Below the pieces are notes generated by a model. It was not told the origin of the DNA, ran no database searches, and saw only the letters and a list, made by a program, of their open reading frames with translations. A program made the position numbers and the translations under genes. From positions 43,896,001-43,960,000 of the forward strand of contig OX597830.1 in the NCBI GenBank assembly GCA_951406725.2: 64,000 nucleotides of DNA, given 5' to 3'. Source of the DNA: Octopus vulgaris. Its lineage: Eukaryota. Shown here in pieces: positions 1-64,000 of this stretch (position 1 is its first letter; every line of letters starts with the position of its first letter).

Positions 1-723
1 TCAATGTAATTGGCTTTGCCTCCTTCCCCCAAATTTTTTAAACTGCATCCAGTAGTTGGTGTCTTGGTTCAAGAGTTCCAGGATTTTGAAGATCAAAGAA
101 CAACCTCTCACGCACTATTGTTCCCAGGTCTACTCTGTCCCAGAGTGGTAGCACCTGTCAGGGTCCCAGATATTGGGTTAAATGGCATGTAACCACCCTA
201 GTCAGGGTATTTTGAAATTATGGGATACAACACAATGGATGTGAGCTATTTCTGTAAATGAATCTTATTGAATCAATGGCAAATATCATGAGATGTTGTA
301 TGGCTGGACAGACAACAAACTGTCAGTTAGTGAACTGCTGCTATCATCTGTAATCATGGCATGCACAGATGAGATATTTCAGCTTGTGAAAGACTAATGG
401 GACTAAAGTCCAGGCCAGACATTCATGTGTCATCACTCAATCAGGACATCTGGCATAGAAGGTTTACATTGGTCCAGGCAAGTCACTGGAACTGGACTAT
501 GAAGGATAACACTTGGATTAAAGGATTACAACAACTGCCATGATCTCAACAATCTGGAAGGGTCTACAGTAGGCTATGATCATTGCCCCTTTCTCCACCA
601 ACTAAATAAGTAAATTAGGCTTCACTTACAAGAAGACATCTTCATGGTGATAACAGTATACAAATATCTAAATTGATGTATTTTTAATTTAAATTTTTTT
701 CTCTTTTAATGTTTTATTTCCAG

Positions 724-45731
<45,008 letters not shown>

Positions 45732-46099
45732 GCACCAGAATTTTAAAGAATATTTCAATTATTTTAATAATAACTGGAATTTAATTGTCTTAATATAATG
45801 TAGTCTTCTATGACAAAATGGAAAAGAATTTGTCAACTGTCCAACACTTAATTTCTGCAAAGAAATATGCTTTTTTGGAGAATATACAGTTTTCCAAATA
45901 AACTGTTCTAATTTTATAGAATTCTCTTAAGAAAAATGGAAATTGTTTTGGAAAGTAGAAACCTTTTGGTTTCTTTTTATGGAATGCTGATTGTGGTCTC
46001 TTAGAGAAAGAAAATTATACTCATAAAATTTATATTTCTACAAGATATTTTTTTAAAAGAAATGTACCAAAAGACAAAGGAATTTTTTTAAACGTTTTG

Positions 46100-46105
46100 A
46101 ATAAA
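46100..46105 (+). terminator. Candidate polyadenylation signal of the NRAMP gene (alternative at 45897-45902)
   Basis: AATAAA followed by a T-rich tract, downstream of the stop codon. Confidence 0.45.
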
Positions 46106-48063
46106 GCATTTTTAAGTACTTCATTTTATTTATTTATTTATCTTTTATTTTACAGCAAAAAAAAAAAAATGTTCATAAAATCTGCTAGTATCATTAATTT
46201 CTTGTGTCTTTGATATAAATAATGTATGAGTTTGAAGACAAAGATTATGAGGCTAAGGTGCCAAGAAGATAGAAATGGAAGCAATGCCCATGATCTCTGT
46301 AAACTCCCTCACTCTTGAGAGATTATGGTTGATGTTTAGCTTGAAAAATCAAATGTCAATGTCCATAAGGAAAATGTAAATGGGAAGGAAAATAAGTGGG
46401 TCCAGAGAAAAGAGTATGCAATTGGTCTGTTAAGAAGAGCAAATGCTGACGAAGTAGTGAGAGGAGGAGAAACAGCTTGCTTGTATGTTAATGTGTTATT
46501 GGTGATTGTTTCTTTGCTGGTCAGTTGGATAGCTTTCCTTTGGGTATAGCCTGGAATTTGGTTGTGAGTGTAGCAACAGCACCATTGTTTAGATGGGAAT
46601 TGTGTGCCAATGAACAGAAAATAATTAAAAGGAAAAATATATAAATACAGCATGGTGATTCTTAAGGAATGAGAAATTCGGTTTTCAGACAGCAATAGTT
46701 CCTGGAAAGGTACAACGTGTCAAAATATGTAAAGAAATATGATTGATTTCAAATTTTGGCACTAGGCCAGCAACTTCGTGTGAGGGGGTTAGTCAATTAC
46801 ATTGACCCCTGTGTCCAACTGGTACTTATTTTATCGACCATGAAAGGATGGAAAGCAAAGTGGACCTTGGCAGAATTTGAACTCGGAATGTACAGATAAA
46901 ATACCACCAAGCATTTTGTCTGGTGTGCTTAATAATTCTGCCAGCTCACTGCCTTAAGAAATATTGATTTCAAATTCTTTGCACAAAACTGATTGGTAAG
47001 GCCAGCCATAATGGATACTTAATACTATAAAATTTGGATATATATATATATATTTAAATAATGAGGGAGATAAATTGAATATTAATTTAATTAATATCAA
47101 TTTAAAACCAGCAGCCTAGCATATAAAAATCTGAAAAATCAGAGAAAATTCTAATAAATGTGTATATTTTAAAAGCTAAAAACCACTATGTGGACAGCCA
47201 TATGCTAGAAATAGATCACCTACGATCAAACTACAAAGAAAGAATGTTCTCTAGAGAACATATATATATATATATATATATATACAAAGGGGAGAGGTGA
47301 ATATATGTGGCCTAATGGTTAGGCTATTTGGCTCGTGATTGCAAGCTCGTAGGTTCGATTCCTGGTGGCTCTGTGTTGTTAAGGAAGATGTTTTATCTTA
47401 CGTTGCTCCAGTCCATTCAGCTGGCAAAAATGAATTGTACCTGTAATTCAATGGGCCAGCCTTATCACACACAACCTCCCTGAGAGCTACATTAAGGGTA
47501 CACCTGTTTGATGTGTGCTCAACCACTTGCACGAGGTGGGTGTTCCATTAATGAAATGCTCATTGTTGTCACTGATGGCGAGCTAGTTTAAATAGAGAGG
47601 CATTGTATTGTAGGGTAAAGGAATTTGCTTCACAACCATGAAGATTAAGCAAGTCTCCTACTGAACTTCGATACTTTGAGTAAAATTTGGTAGACAGAAA
47701 CAGCATGGATATTTATCATATGCCTTAGTATGCCAGTGTAAATTGGTACGTCTTTATGAAACAAGGTTAAACTTAACATAAAGTAAGGACCACAAGGGAA
47801 TAAGTAAAGGGGTTGATAAGATCTATCAAAACACTTGAAAGTGGTGTCTCTCACTTGGATGTGGCACAATGACTGAAGCCAGTAGAAGAAAGGAGATGTA
47901 TGGGAGACAACTCTTGATACGTTATCAGAAATTCATTACCTAAATATTACTAATAAAATCCTGGGTTAATGTTTACGATATCACCTGGAAACGAAATTTT
48001 TTTTTTAAGGAAACAAATATGAAAACAAAAATATGTGCAAAGCAACGGGAGTTGGGGTGAGAG

Positions 48064-48953
48064 GACTTCGGAAAATTCACAAGATCTGATTTTAAGGAAA
48101 ATGGATATCTTTTAAAAGAAATTGTATATATATACCTTTCAAGTGGCATGCATTATGGATGCCTAATGTGCCACAAATCCCTTATTTTTGTTCAGAAAAA
48201 AGGGAGGGAAACTGGAATTATTGGAAAATGTTTTATTGTTTTCAATGAATGAATTACAGTGACCTAATATGCCACAATCTGCAATCTGGGATTAATATAT
48301 CCAGTGATTTTTAAGAGGTATGTAAAAGATATTTTGTTTTAATATTATAATTTTACTTGTTTCACACACAAACACTAACGTGGTATTTGTAAGGATTTTG
48401 TATCATTTTTTTCTCTTTTCTGTCCCAACTTCATTACCACTAATTTTTATAGCTTCAGCATTTTCCCTTATTATTCTTTTCAAACTTGTTTGAATTTTCA
48501 TTCTTAATGTAATCCACACTCTAGAAAACATACTTCTGCAAAATGTTATCTTAGAATATGGGTAAAGAAAGAAAGCTAATGCATTTTTGCACCTCATATT
48601 CAAAAACGCATTTTTAAAAAAAAAATTTCTTTGGATTCCTAATTATGGTAAAGGTGTACTTGTAAAAATTTAATGAAATTTCAAAGAAAGAAACCACCCC
48701 CATTTTCCGGACAAAAAAGTGTTTTATGGCATATTAGGTCACCGTAATTCATTCATCGAAAAAAGAAAAACATTTTCCAATAATTCTGCCCCTCCCCCAA
48801 CTTTTTCCAAACAAAAATAAGAGGTTTGCTGCACATTAGGCATCCGTAATGCATGTTGTTTGAAAGGTATTTATATACAATTTCATTAAAAAAAAAAAAA
48901 ATCCCTAACAGTTATGGGTGAAAAAACTCGGATCTTGTGAATTTTCCAAAGTC
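48064..48953. repeat. Diverged inverted repeat, arms of about 210 bp (48064-48275 / 48727-48953); probable old foldback element or MITE
   Basis: ATGAATGAATTACAGTGACCTAATATGCCA versus TGGCATATTAGGTCACCGTAATTCATTCAT; GGAAAATTCACAAGATC versus GATCTTGTGAATTTTCC. Confidence 0.85.
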
Positions 48954-51845
48954 ATCTTCCCACCACTTCAGAAAAGATTTTACCCACAAATTTCTTTATA
49001 AAATTTACTTATTTTATCAACCCCAAAAGGATGAAAGGCAAAGTCAACCTCAGCGGAATTTGAACTCAGAATGTAAAGTTGGATGAAATGTTGCTAAGCA
49101 TTTTACCTGGCATGCTAAATCTTAGGTGGTCTCCCAAGGACCATATGCACCCCTGTTTTATGTGGACTCTCACATGTTATATGAACTACCAAGGATTATG
49201 TGGACCTTGGTTGAGAATTAGATTATTATTATGCACAGAGGGACATATTTCAGATAAATGGGAGCATATCATTCTGCCCCACTAGATTTTGTGAAAGGCA
49301 AATTTTATAACGTAAATATCTAGATATATATTTTGGGGTTAACATGCAATTTACAGTCATAAAAAAAGCGGATGTGTCCTTTAAAAACATGAAAGTATAT
49401 TGCAATAAAAACCAGAAGTGATGACAGTAACATCCCATAATTTCATCCTATCACATTTCTAATAGTCTGTATATGGATGCTGTCATCATTTGGATCAACA
49501 AAATTGAGTGAATGACTGGCAACTTCATGTGTATAAAAGATGCTGAGGCACACATAGGAAGCCTACCCATCAGATATCAAACATATTTTATGAAATTTTG
49601 CTAGGTCACAATCATCACTTCCACAATCTACTTTCATTTTTTAGGACAATTTACTTTCACTTTTTTTACACGGCATGTTGACCTATTTTCAATGGTGTAA
49701 AATACAATTATACTTAAAAAGTTGTGTTCAGTCCTATTGATTGATTGATTCTAGTTTCAGCTCATGAGCTGTGGCCATGCTGGGGCACCGCCATTTATTG
49801 TGTAGCACTTTTGGCAAATATGTACTATTATAGCCCAGGGCCAACCAATACCTTGTGAAGGAATTTGATTGATGGAAACTGTGGAAGCCCATTGTATCTC
49901 TATCAATCTATCTGTCTATCAATCTATCTATCTGTCTGTCTGTCTGTCTGTCTGTCTCTGTCTATCTATCTATCTATCTATCTATCTCACTGACTTACTC
50001 TGCGTGTTTATCCTGCTATTTGACTCTGATCTACAGTTGTGTTGGTTTGTTGATGTCCTCATTACCTACTGGTTCAGCAAAAGAGACTGGTTGAATATAT
50101 ACTGGGTCGCTTTGTTTGACAAGATATTGCATTGCCCCAACATGGCCACTGTTCGGTAACTGAAACAAGTAAAAGATTAGTTTCTCCCCTTTCCTCCAAT
50201 TCACTCTTGATTTACTCCCTGGAAAACCTTCTTAAAAATACATATTTTTCATGGCATTTCATGGGCACTTCTTTGTTTCCATGGCTCCATGAGAGTAAAG
50301 AGTTCACTTTATCACAACTGAAAGAGGTGGTGGTTATCTGAAACTTATCCCAAAATTTAATCAAAATAATTAAGTTTCGCTCTTGAAAATGCTTCTCAAA
50401 AAGATTTCACTTTAAAGAAAGCTGTGAGAAAACAAAATCTGTAAGGTGAGACAACACCAAACTGTAGTTGTGCCCAAAGTTTTTCGTTTAACAAGCAGTC
50501 TACCTCTGTATATAGCTAGGGAACAGAGGCAGGGGGACACTTCGCCCCAAGTGACGCTTTTATTGGTATGGCAATTTTGGGTATGCATGCATATGGGGTG
50601 GATATGAAGGAGGAAGGGCAATGAAGTTTTTTTTTTTCCATGAGAGTTCCGGACCTCAATTATGAACTCATTTGCATACAGCCAATCAGAGCTCACCTTG
50701 AAAATCCACATACTGTGTACTACTACAGTATAGCCAGTCAGGCATAGAATGGTGTATGTCACTCTGTGAGTACAGCATAGCAGGTCTCACATAAGCATCC
50801 CACCACCATCCTCATAGATCAATTGAACAGTATCTCTATATCGAACTAACACTAGGTACCTATGCTCAGACTGAGATTAGTGGATACTGCATGTACCCAT
50901 TGATAAATGCTAGGTGGGCGCCATATTGATTACAATGTTTCCAGATCAATGCAAACATTTTAAATCAGGAATTACAAAATCAGTCTAAAAATTAGGAAAC
51001 TACACTCATTTACATTTTCTAGTAAATTACACAAATTAGCAACACTTATGGCATCATCGGTAAGCAGCTCTCCATTCACTTGATACACTAAATTTCACAT
51101 TTGTCACCCCTATTAACCCATTTAGAAGAGTTACATTTTGCTAAAACGCACATTTTCCACTGAACTCAACTAGAGTATTTTCGTGACTAGTGGACACTAG
51201 TTTCATAGTTTTGCTCTGATTGGCTGTATGCAAATGAGTGCATAACTGAGGTCCAGAACTCTCGTGGGAAAAAAAATTGCGGTCCAACAGACTAAAAGGC
51301 TGCTCCATACGGTATACACTCTAGCTATGCAACTGGTTTACCACTGTAAAATAGTGAAAGTAAATTGTCCTACAAATTGAAAGTAAATTGCAATAGAAAC
51401 CTTGTGATGATAGTGACATGCCAAAATTTCATTAAAAAAAGAGCATGAAGAACTCTCTCACTATACCATTGCCACACGCACCTACATGTATAGTAAATTC
51501 TAGTAATATATTAAGTATTTCAGAGCTAGTAGCTGCAGTACACCTTTCCAAAGTACTATACATAAGAAAGTAATTCAATGGCTTGTATGGTGATGCATGA
51601 TAGTCAGCACTGTTACACATGAGAAATGCAATAATCACGCGCATTTAATAAGCTGTAGAGAAACAAATGGGGAGGGGAGGTGGCATTGTTCCTATAGATT
51701 TACTCGGACAACACTGGCCAATTCCTTTTCCTCTACTCATAAAAATCCAAATAATATATGTGGGTGAGTGTCGTCACTTTCCATTTCTATCACTATTTAC
51801 TTTCACTTTTTTACGACCGTTAACCTAATGTTTTAATCAAAAATT

Positions 51846-52444
51846 GGATCTTTTCGGTTTGAACGGCAGTTTGTAACATAATTTCTAGGCAACTAAAAAA
51901 TTTTAAACTTCATATACTGGTAGAATGTGTTTATAAAACATCATTTTCTCTTGGCTTTATTGAGAAAATTCTATAGTTTGTAACATATTTCATCTAAAAT
52001 TTCTTGCATTTCATCAGTTTTAACCAATCGCTGACCGTCCATTGAGGTGAAAGCATTCTGTGCGTCATCAATGTCCCCCAGATTGGGTTTATTTACATTT
52101 GTGAAGAAAAAAGATACCCTTCCCTCACCCCTAACCCTAAATCTAAAATAGATTGAAATGCAATAGATCGATACTAGGGTTATAATTATGGGTGACAATT
52201 TCATACGACACCGCTAGGGTAAATGGGAGTTTTTCCTAGCCGTGTCAATGGACGCTCAGCGATTGGTTAAAATTGCCGAAATGCAAGAAATATTAGACGA
52301 AATATGTTACAACCTTTAGAATTTTCTCAATAAAGCCAAGAGAAAATGATGTTTTATAAACACATTCTACCTGTATACGAAGTTTAAAATTTTTTAGTTA
52401 CCTAAAAATTATGTTACAAACTGCCGTTCAAACCGAAAAGATCC
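51846..52444. mobile_element. MITE with TIRs of about 200 bp and 8-bp TSD (Merlin-like or Mutator-like)
   Basis: CAAAAATT|GGATCTTTTCGGTTTGAACGGCAG...CTGCCGTTCAAACCGAAAAGATCC|CAAAAATT. Confidence 0.92.
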
Positions 52445-52559
52445 CAAAAATTTATTACGACCGTTAACTTGATGTTTTAATCAAAAATTTATTTAGACAA
52501 AATAAAAAAAGTAAAAAAAAAAGGTACTAAACAGTGAACTAATACACGTCATTGGTCAT

Positions 52560-52842
52560 CACTATTTGCTTCCGGTTTAAAGAAAAAATATTCACCGGAC
52601 AACTTTAAAAAACTGAGCTTAATTAAGATACATGCAATTTAGTACTAAAAAATAACTTAAATTTAAATACGGAAGATGAATGTTTTTAATTATAATTTTA
52701 GATATTTAAATTTAAATTAATTTTGTGCAATCAGATTACGGGATTTATTTGAGATCGGACTCTGCCTTTCCGGAAGTTGTTGCTACATGTAATATATTCC
52801 ATTGACGATATCGTCCGCTTAAGTCTGACAAGAAAAACAAAG
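52560..52842 (+). promoter_or_regulatory. Probable SEC61G promoter and non-coding first exon
   Basis: Locally CpG-enriched non-repeat sequence; ETS-type motifs CTTCCGG (52569), CGGAAG (52670) and CCGGAAGT (52770); donor AAG|gtaaac at 52842/52843. The start codon follows an acceptor, so an upstream UTR exon is required. Confidence 0.6.
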
Positions 52843-54945
52843 GTAAACCGTATTAATATTGCTTCATTTCTTTACCAGTAATGTGCTTAAATTAATTACT
52901 AAATTGTGTTTCAAAGGAATTTAGTCGTTTTGTGTATATCGAAAGATGTACATGTATTTTATGATGATCGACTTTTTATGTCAACGTGTCACTTGTTGGG
53001 AAGCTGGGAGGCGACGAAGAACCCTTTAACAGACGACTTGAGCGAAAATATGGTTACATTTTCTTTCTTTTTGGTGATAAATATATACATTGAAGTCATT
53101 TGAAAATGTTGCTGCATAGAATGTTCAGTATGATTAATTAGTAATAATATTAAAAATTAGAATTTGATTGGAAAACTTTATAATAGAAATATCTCTTAGA
53201 AATTTACCGTTGTCAGACTGAATAGAGCAAAAGAAAATAAATCATAAAAATTTGAAATGAATTGTTTAAATATGATACAAACGGACTAATCACGATCTGG
53301 TCTGAAGGTATTTGTCTCAAATTACACAACCGAGGAACAATATTTCAGAAATATTAGTATTAAAGATTTACTTTTCCATATGTGAGAACAATATTGTAAG
53401 CCTGGGGCTAAAACACAAACAACTAGATGTTCTCCATATCACGCCATACCGTCTTAATAAAAGAAAGGATACTTTCGATAATGTTTTTCTAGATACACCG
53501 TGAAATAAATATGGGTTAATAACAACTGACTTGGGGCTAAACGACAAATAGGGCATTAGCGGATATAGAGTTGGAAGTTTATTTAACATAAATTTTTCTC
53601 AAAAATAATAATGAGTTGTCTTAATACATAGATTGGGTTATTTATATTCGCGATATGAAATCTCCAAGATTCTTTCGCTTCAATATTATCAATTGTGCAC
53701 TGCTTAGCAAAAAGTTGTTTCTAATCCATGGTACATATTTTTAGTAAGGTGGGCCGCAGTGGTCGATTGTATGAAAAGTGAAGTGTCTTGACTACAATAT
53801 AACACTGTACTCGTGACAGGATACTATCGTCAATTTAACAATTGGTTGACTAATGCCTTATCCACTCAAACCTTCCACAGATTCACTGAGGATAATCAAA
53901 AAGGATCAAAGGCCCTTCCCGAGCCTTAGACTCATAAGGCTGGTCTCCTGGACTCTGTGGAATATATACTCAGCCCTGGATGGGGTGCCAGTCCGTCACA
54001 GGACGACTCATTTTTGCCAGCTGAGTGAACTGGAGCAATTTGGAATGAAATGTTTGCTCAAGAACACAACACATCACCTTGTCCAGGAATTGAAATCCCA
54101 ATCACATCTTGAATGTATTACCCTAACCATTAAGTTACGTGCCTCTCCTCTAGTGATAATGGTGTGGATGGATTAGAAGTAGCAAAGAGTTCTAGAATCA
54201 TCTTGACCGGATCTGAGTTTTTCCTATTGACTTCTGAATAAGGAAGGCTGGTGAACAGAGTGAAATCGGTGCTGCTGCTGCTTGGGCTTGTGGTCTACCA
54301 CAGTATACATAGTCTCTGCTGTGAAGTGAACTGATCTGGGTTATGGTTGGCTAAGATTGCATGCTAAAGTGGCATGGGAAATTCATGTTAGCCATCATCT
54401 TTTTGGGGGAAGAAATCAAGGTAGAAATTGTCTTGAAGACAAAGATTATGCCGGGTTTGCTTGTTAACAGCAGTTAATGTCTGGTGATTGAGGTTGTGGA
54501 TATTTCCCCATGCCAGTTCCACATATAAAAGCACTCTTGCCACTGCTATGTGTAAAGCACCCAGTACATTCTTTAAGGTGGCTGGCATTATGAAGGACAT
54601 CCCCTTGTCAAAACAGATGATTGGGACCTGGTGCAACCCTTTGGCTTCTCAACTCCTCTGAAACCATCCAACCCATGCCAGCATAGAAAATGGATGTTAA
54701 ATGGTGATGACTTATTCTTTGTAACCCTAGTACTTATCCTATCGATCTCTTTTGCCAAACTGCTAAGTTACAGGGACATAAACACACACACACACATATC
54801 AGCATGCTTCTTTCAGTTTCCGTCAACCAAATCCACTCACTAGCTTTTGGTTGTCCCAAGGCTATAGTAGAAGACACTTGCCCAAGGTGCCATGTGGTTG
54901 GTAAGCAAGCTACTTACCTCACAGTCACTCCTGCACCTATATACA

Positions 54946-55201
54946 CAGTAATCCCTTACCATGCCACAGTTCACCTATCAAGGTTTATTATTTAAGCTAA
55001 CCCATGCTAGCATGGAAAGGGGATGTTAAAAGATGATGTGTTGATTCCTCTGTGGTGTTGTTTTGCATTTATAATAAAATAAATATATACAAATTATAAA
55101 AGTAAAAAAATATACTGTACAGTACTGTTTCTACTTCACGGATTTTCGCCTATGGCAGGGTTTTTTGGAATGTAACACCCGCAATAGTCAAGGGATTACT
55201 C
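54946..55201. mobile_element. Tigger/pogo-type MITE with a nested RTE tail fragment
   Basis: CAGTAATCCCTT...AAGGGATTACTC termini. Confidence 0.6.
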
Positions 55202-56015
55202 TATACATATTTTTCCTCATTCATTCAATTCCAACATCTCATATACTTAAGTACAAATGACCTTACTCTCTCTTTCCATTTGGTCAGCTTTCTCCATCAA
55301 TGAGATTTTTCATTCAGTGTATATTCCCGCCAATGGGGATTTAGCAGTTTAATAAATATTTGAAAACACTCAAACTTATTTCAAGGAAGACCCATTAGTT
55401 CTCCTGAAAAACTTTCATTTAAGGGCTTTTCCTCATTTATATAATCTAATATTGATTCCCTGTAAAGATTTGTTTTCTTGGATTTGTCTTTCTGTCATGA
55501 AAGAAAAAAAATGTTTCACCTCTTGTTGAGTTTTCTCAAAGGCTCAGATATGGCATTTGGGAAACTTTAAACACATTCCAAACTGAAGAAATTATTATTG
55601 CATCTGAGAGAGAAAATCTTCACTTTTTGACCCTGAGCTCACCAATTCCTAATCACTTCTCAGACCTCCTTTGTTACATCCTCTTCTCAAATTTTTCATC
55701 ATCTGTATCTTCTTATAAACTTCTCAGTAAATCTTTTTTTTTTTACTATATTGCACCGTGTACCTTGGTTGGAAGGGGTTGAAACTTCTGCAAAATTAGA
55801 GAGAAAAAGAAGGCACCCCCTTTTCTGAAAAGTGTTTAGTGGTTATTATTGATTATAGTTCCACTTAGATGTACTTGCAAACAGTCAGTGGTAACCTGGT
55901 AGATCTTGTATACTGAATATGTAATTTAATAAAACACGATTTCTCTTTAAACTTATTTGTTGTTATTTAGTATATTCACTTCTTCCTTTTCTTTTCTTTT
56001 TTTAATCTAAAAGCA

Positions 56016-61351
<5,336 letters not shown>

Positions 61352-61398
61352 ATCACTGACAATGAAAAGATTTCCTAGGTATACGAGTTTGTTGATTA

Positions 61399-61404
61399 AA
61401 TAAA
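61399..61404 (+). terminator. SEC61G polyadenylation signal
   Basis: AATAAA about 47 nt after the stop codon, followed by a GT/T-rich element. Confidence 0.7.
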
Positions 61405-62249
61405 AACTGTTTTGTATACATTTGTCTTTTGTTTTTAATTATTCTTCCAAAAGAAATTGATTATACTTCAGTAATTCTTTTAATGAGAAAAAGTTTTTTG
61501 ATTATTGGTGCTTGAGAAGAAGACCCATGAAGCCGAGCAAAATTGCAGTTGTGGAAGATACCGGTCACACACAAATTGGCATGTAAACGCACCCCGGTGT
61601 CATGCAAATGGCACTTGTGTCAGTGGCGCGTAAAAGCACCCATTACACTCTTGGAGTGGTTGGTGTTAGGAAGCGCATCCAGCCATAGAAAACCATGACA
61701 AATCAGACTGGAACCTGGTGCAGTGTGCCAGCCCAGTCAAACCGTCCAAGCCATGGACAACAAGCATTAAATGATGTTGAGAAACCTAATTAAGCTGGCT
61801 TAAGCCTCAAAAGCATCCAGGTTGAATTCTTGTAAAAAATGGTTTTAGTTAAAAGGAAGGAATTCCAACTAGGAAGCTAACCTGAAATAGCAGAGTTTTG
61901 TGAGGGGTTGTAGGAAACTAAGAAGTGGATTGGCAGTACCCCTGTGTTTATAAATGTGATTCATCAGAAACAGCCAAATGGCAGGCTGAAACCATTCTTT
62001 TTAGGTGTGTACATTCATATCCCTCACACAACAAAAACTTTGTGTACTTGCAGTTGTGCTGTAAATATTTTGGCAAAAACAAGGCTTACAATGCCTAGAG
62101 AATCTCAGTCATTCCCTAAAACTAGATGGCTGCCAGTCACCCAGCAGTAAATTGTTATAAAATAGCAGTCTGTTGAACAAAGGATACTTTTGTGTAATCA
62201 CTCAACCCTCAAACTTCCCAGCCTCCCAAACAGGAGCTGATTCTTTTTG

Positions 62250-63430
62250 TTCTTTATCAAAATATTCTCCAGTTTTTCTTTCTCTCCTTTTCTAAAAAAT
62301 GATGGCTCTTAAGACAGAACTTGCTTGGAGAAAGCATTCAACTTCACTGTCTGCTTTGCATCCAGCTTGGTGAATCTCCTCCAAGTCAACCCTTCCACTC
62401 CACCCCATATATCCCAAGTGCAGAAATATCTTCAGTAGCTTCAAACAAGGCCACTGACCCTGCTTATTTCGTTTCCATTACACTCAGTGTGCACCACATA
62501 TTGCTCCTCTGTTCATCAAACTCTTTAACTCTTGCTCTCTACATATAGATTCTGCACATCCCATTCCAAAGAAAGGCAACTATCATCCTGTTGCTCTCAC
62601 ATCTAACATCACTGATGAAGACTGCCTTTAAAAATGACCTTCAACACCAATCTTTCCACCTCACTGACCACCAAAACAGCTTCCACAAAGTTAGTCCCAG
62701 TGGAGACATATTCACTTTAAAAAGCTTTGAAAGCAGTGTCATTATTTTGGACAAAGCAAAGCTTTTGACCAGCTCTAAAATGCAAATATTCCCACCTGTA
62801 GGCTGCATCCACCCCTTTTCTGCCTAGCAGATCATACCATTGCAGCACATGTTGACCAATCACTTCCTATACATTAATGACCTCTACTTAATGTCACATC
62901 CAACCATGCTCACTCTAATGCAAATAACATAACACTTCATTTCTTCAACCATACATAATCCACACGCACCAACCCGCTTCTGGTTCTATAAATGGAGACC
63001 TCAAGACCATCTTTTAGTCAATCCTTTCCACTATCTTTTAACAGCAAAAGAACTCCAACACTACACATATCTAGAAAAACACCACTGCACTACGTAGACC
63101 TAAACAAGCAACACTCAACTAGAGCCGTAGCAATTGCTCCAAATGTGAGGCATTACTAGTACCGATGATTCTTCCAAATGAAAGCACATCTTTAGCATAG
63201 CTAGGATCCCAAACTGAGCCTTCTCTCTAAAGCAAGAAAATATTTCACCTTTAGACAGTCACTGATGCTCAACAGGATACTGCTCCCACATACTCAGACC
63301 TGGACTTCTTGACTGATTGGCATAAAATCGCTAACTGATGCACCTCAGCTCTCTAGGAGCTGGCAAGTCATTTCACCCTTGTTGAATCCACTCCATCCCC
63401 TCGTTTTGCTCCTATTTTACTTGGGTGGAC
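62250..63430 (+). mobile_element. Heavily decayed non-LTR retrotransposon RT region
   Basis: Fragments PIPKKG, LTDHQNSF and SVIILDKAK resemble LINE RT motifs (PIPKKG / LSD.QYGFR / .LDISKAFD); many disruptions. Confidence 0.45.
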
Positions 63431-64000
63431 CATCATAGCCATTCTGTTTTAAAAATCCTATTGTATTTATATAATTTGGAATTCTTATCATCATTTAACG
63501 GCTGGTATGGGTTGGATGGTTTGACAGAAGCAGGCAAGGTAGAAAACTGTACCAGGTTTCACTGTCTGTTTTTGCAGGATTTTTTTTTACAGCTGGATGC
63601 CCTTCCAAATGCCAACCACTTTACAGTGAAGACTGGATGCATTTTATGTGGCACTTGCACTGACAGGGTCACCAAGTACCTTGCAAAACAAAGAACCTTT
63701 GGGAGGAGGTAATCTTGTACCAGATGATATACGGTTATTAGAGTGTGACAAAGAGACAGGAAAGGGAGGTGTTGCTGTAGAGGAGATACATGGTTATCCA
63801 GTCAGAGGAAGAGAGTGGGAGATAGGAAGAGTAGAGAAGAAGGCAGGAGGGAGATGATGGCAAACAGCTGAGGCATACTCACAAGGAACAGTAATCAGAA
63901 GAATTTAAATGGGATGGTGTCGTAGAGCAAGAGAGAGAGCTAGATGGGTGATGAAGTGCCAGGGCATACCCTCACGGTATGGGGGTTAGAGTATAAATGG

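Noticed and set aside
1-720. Upstream NRAMP exon or start codon
   Set aside because: No convincing exon found; the sequence looks like decayed repeat, so the N-terminus is presumed to lie outside the window.
52129-52140. Interstitial telomere
   Set aside because: Only two CCCTAA units, inside a MITE core.

Overview
AT-rich, repeat-dense animal genomic DNA. The tRNA-derived SINEs, RTE tails ending in (GAT)n and abundant microsatellites suggest a cephalopod such as Octopus; this is inferred, not shown. Two spliced genes lie on the + strand. (1) Fourteen coding exons (724-45731, 480 aa, N-terminus upstream of the window) of an NRAMP/SLC11 divalent metal transporter that lacks the glycosylated TM7-8 loop typical of animal DMT1/Malvolio. 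(2) A complete SEC61G gene (68 aa, 56016-61351) with a probable ETS-motif promoter near 52.6-52.8 kb. Introns and the intergenic region hold an apparently intact pogo-family DD35D transposon, decayed mariner, maT and hAT elements, piggyBac-like, Tigger-like and Merlin-like MITEs, RTE LINE fragments, at least three SINE families and a 1.47-kb 23-bp minisatellite that arose inside a SINE. The most notable observations are a foldback repeat carrying a minimal hammerhead ribozyme motif (two copies, one with a tRNA-like head), an 82-nt pri-miRNA-like intronic hairpin that also reads as an in-frame alternative last exon, and long dsRNA-forming inverted repeats next to NRAMP splice sites. All coordinates were counted by hand and repeat boundaries are approximate.
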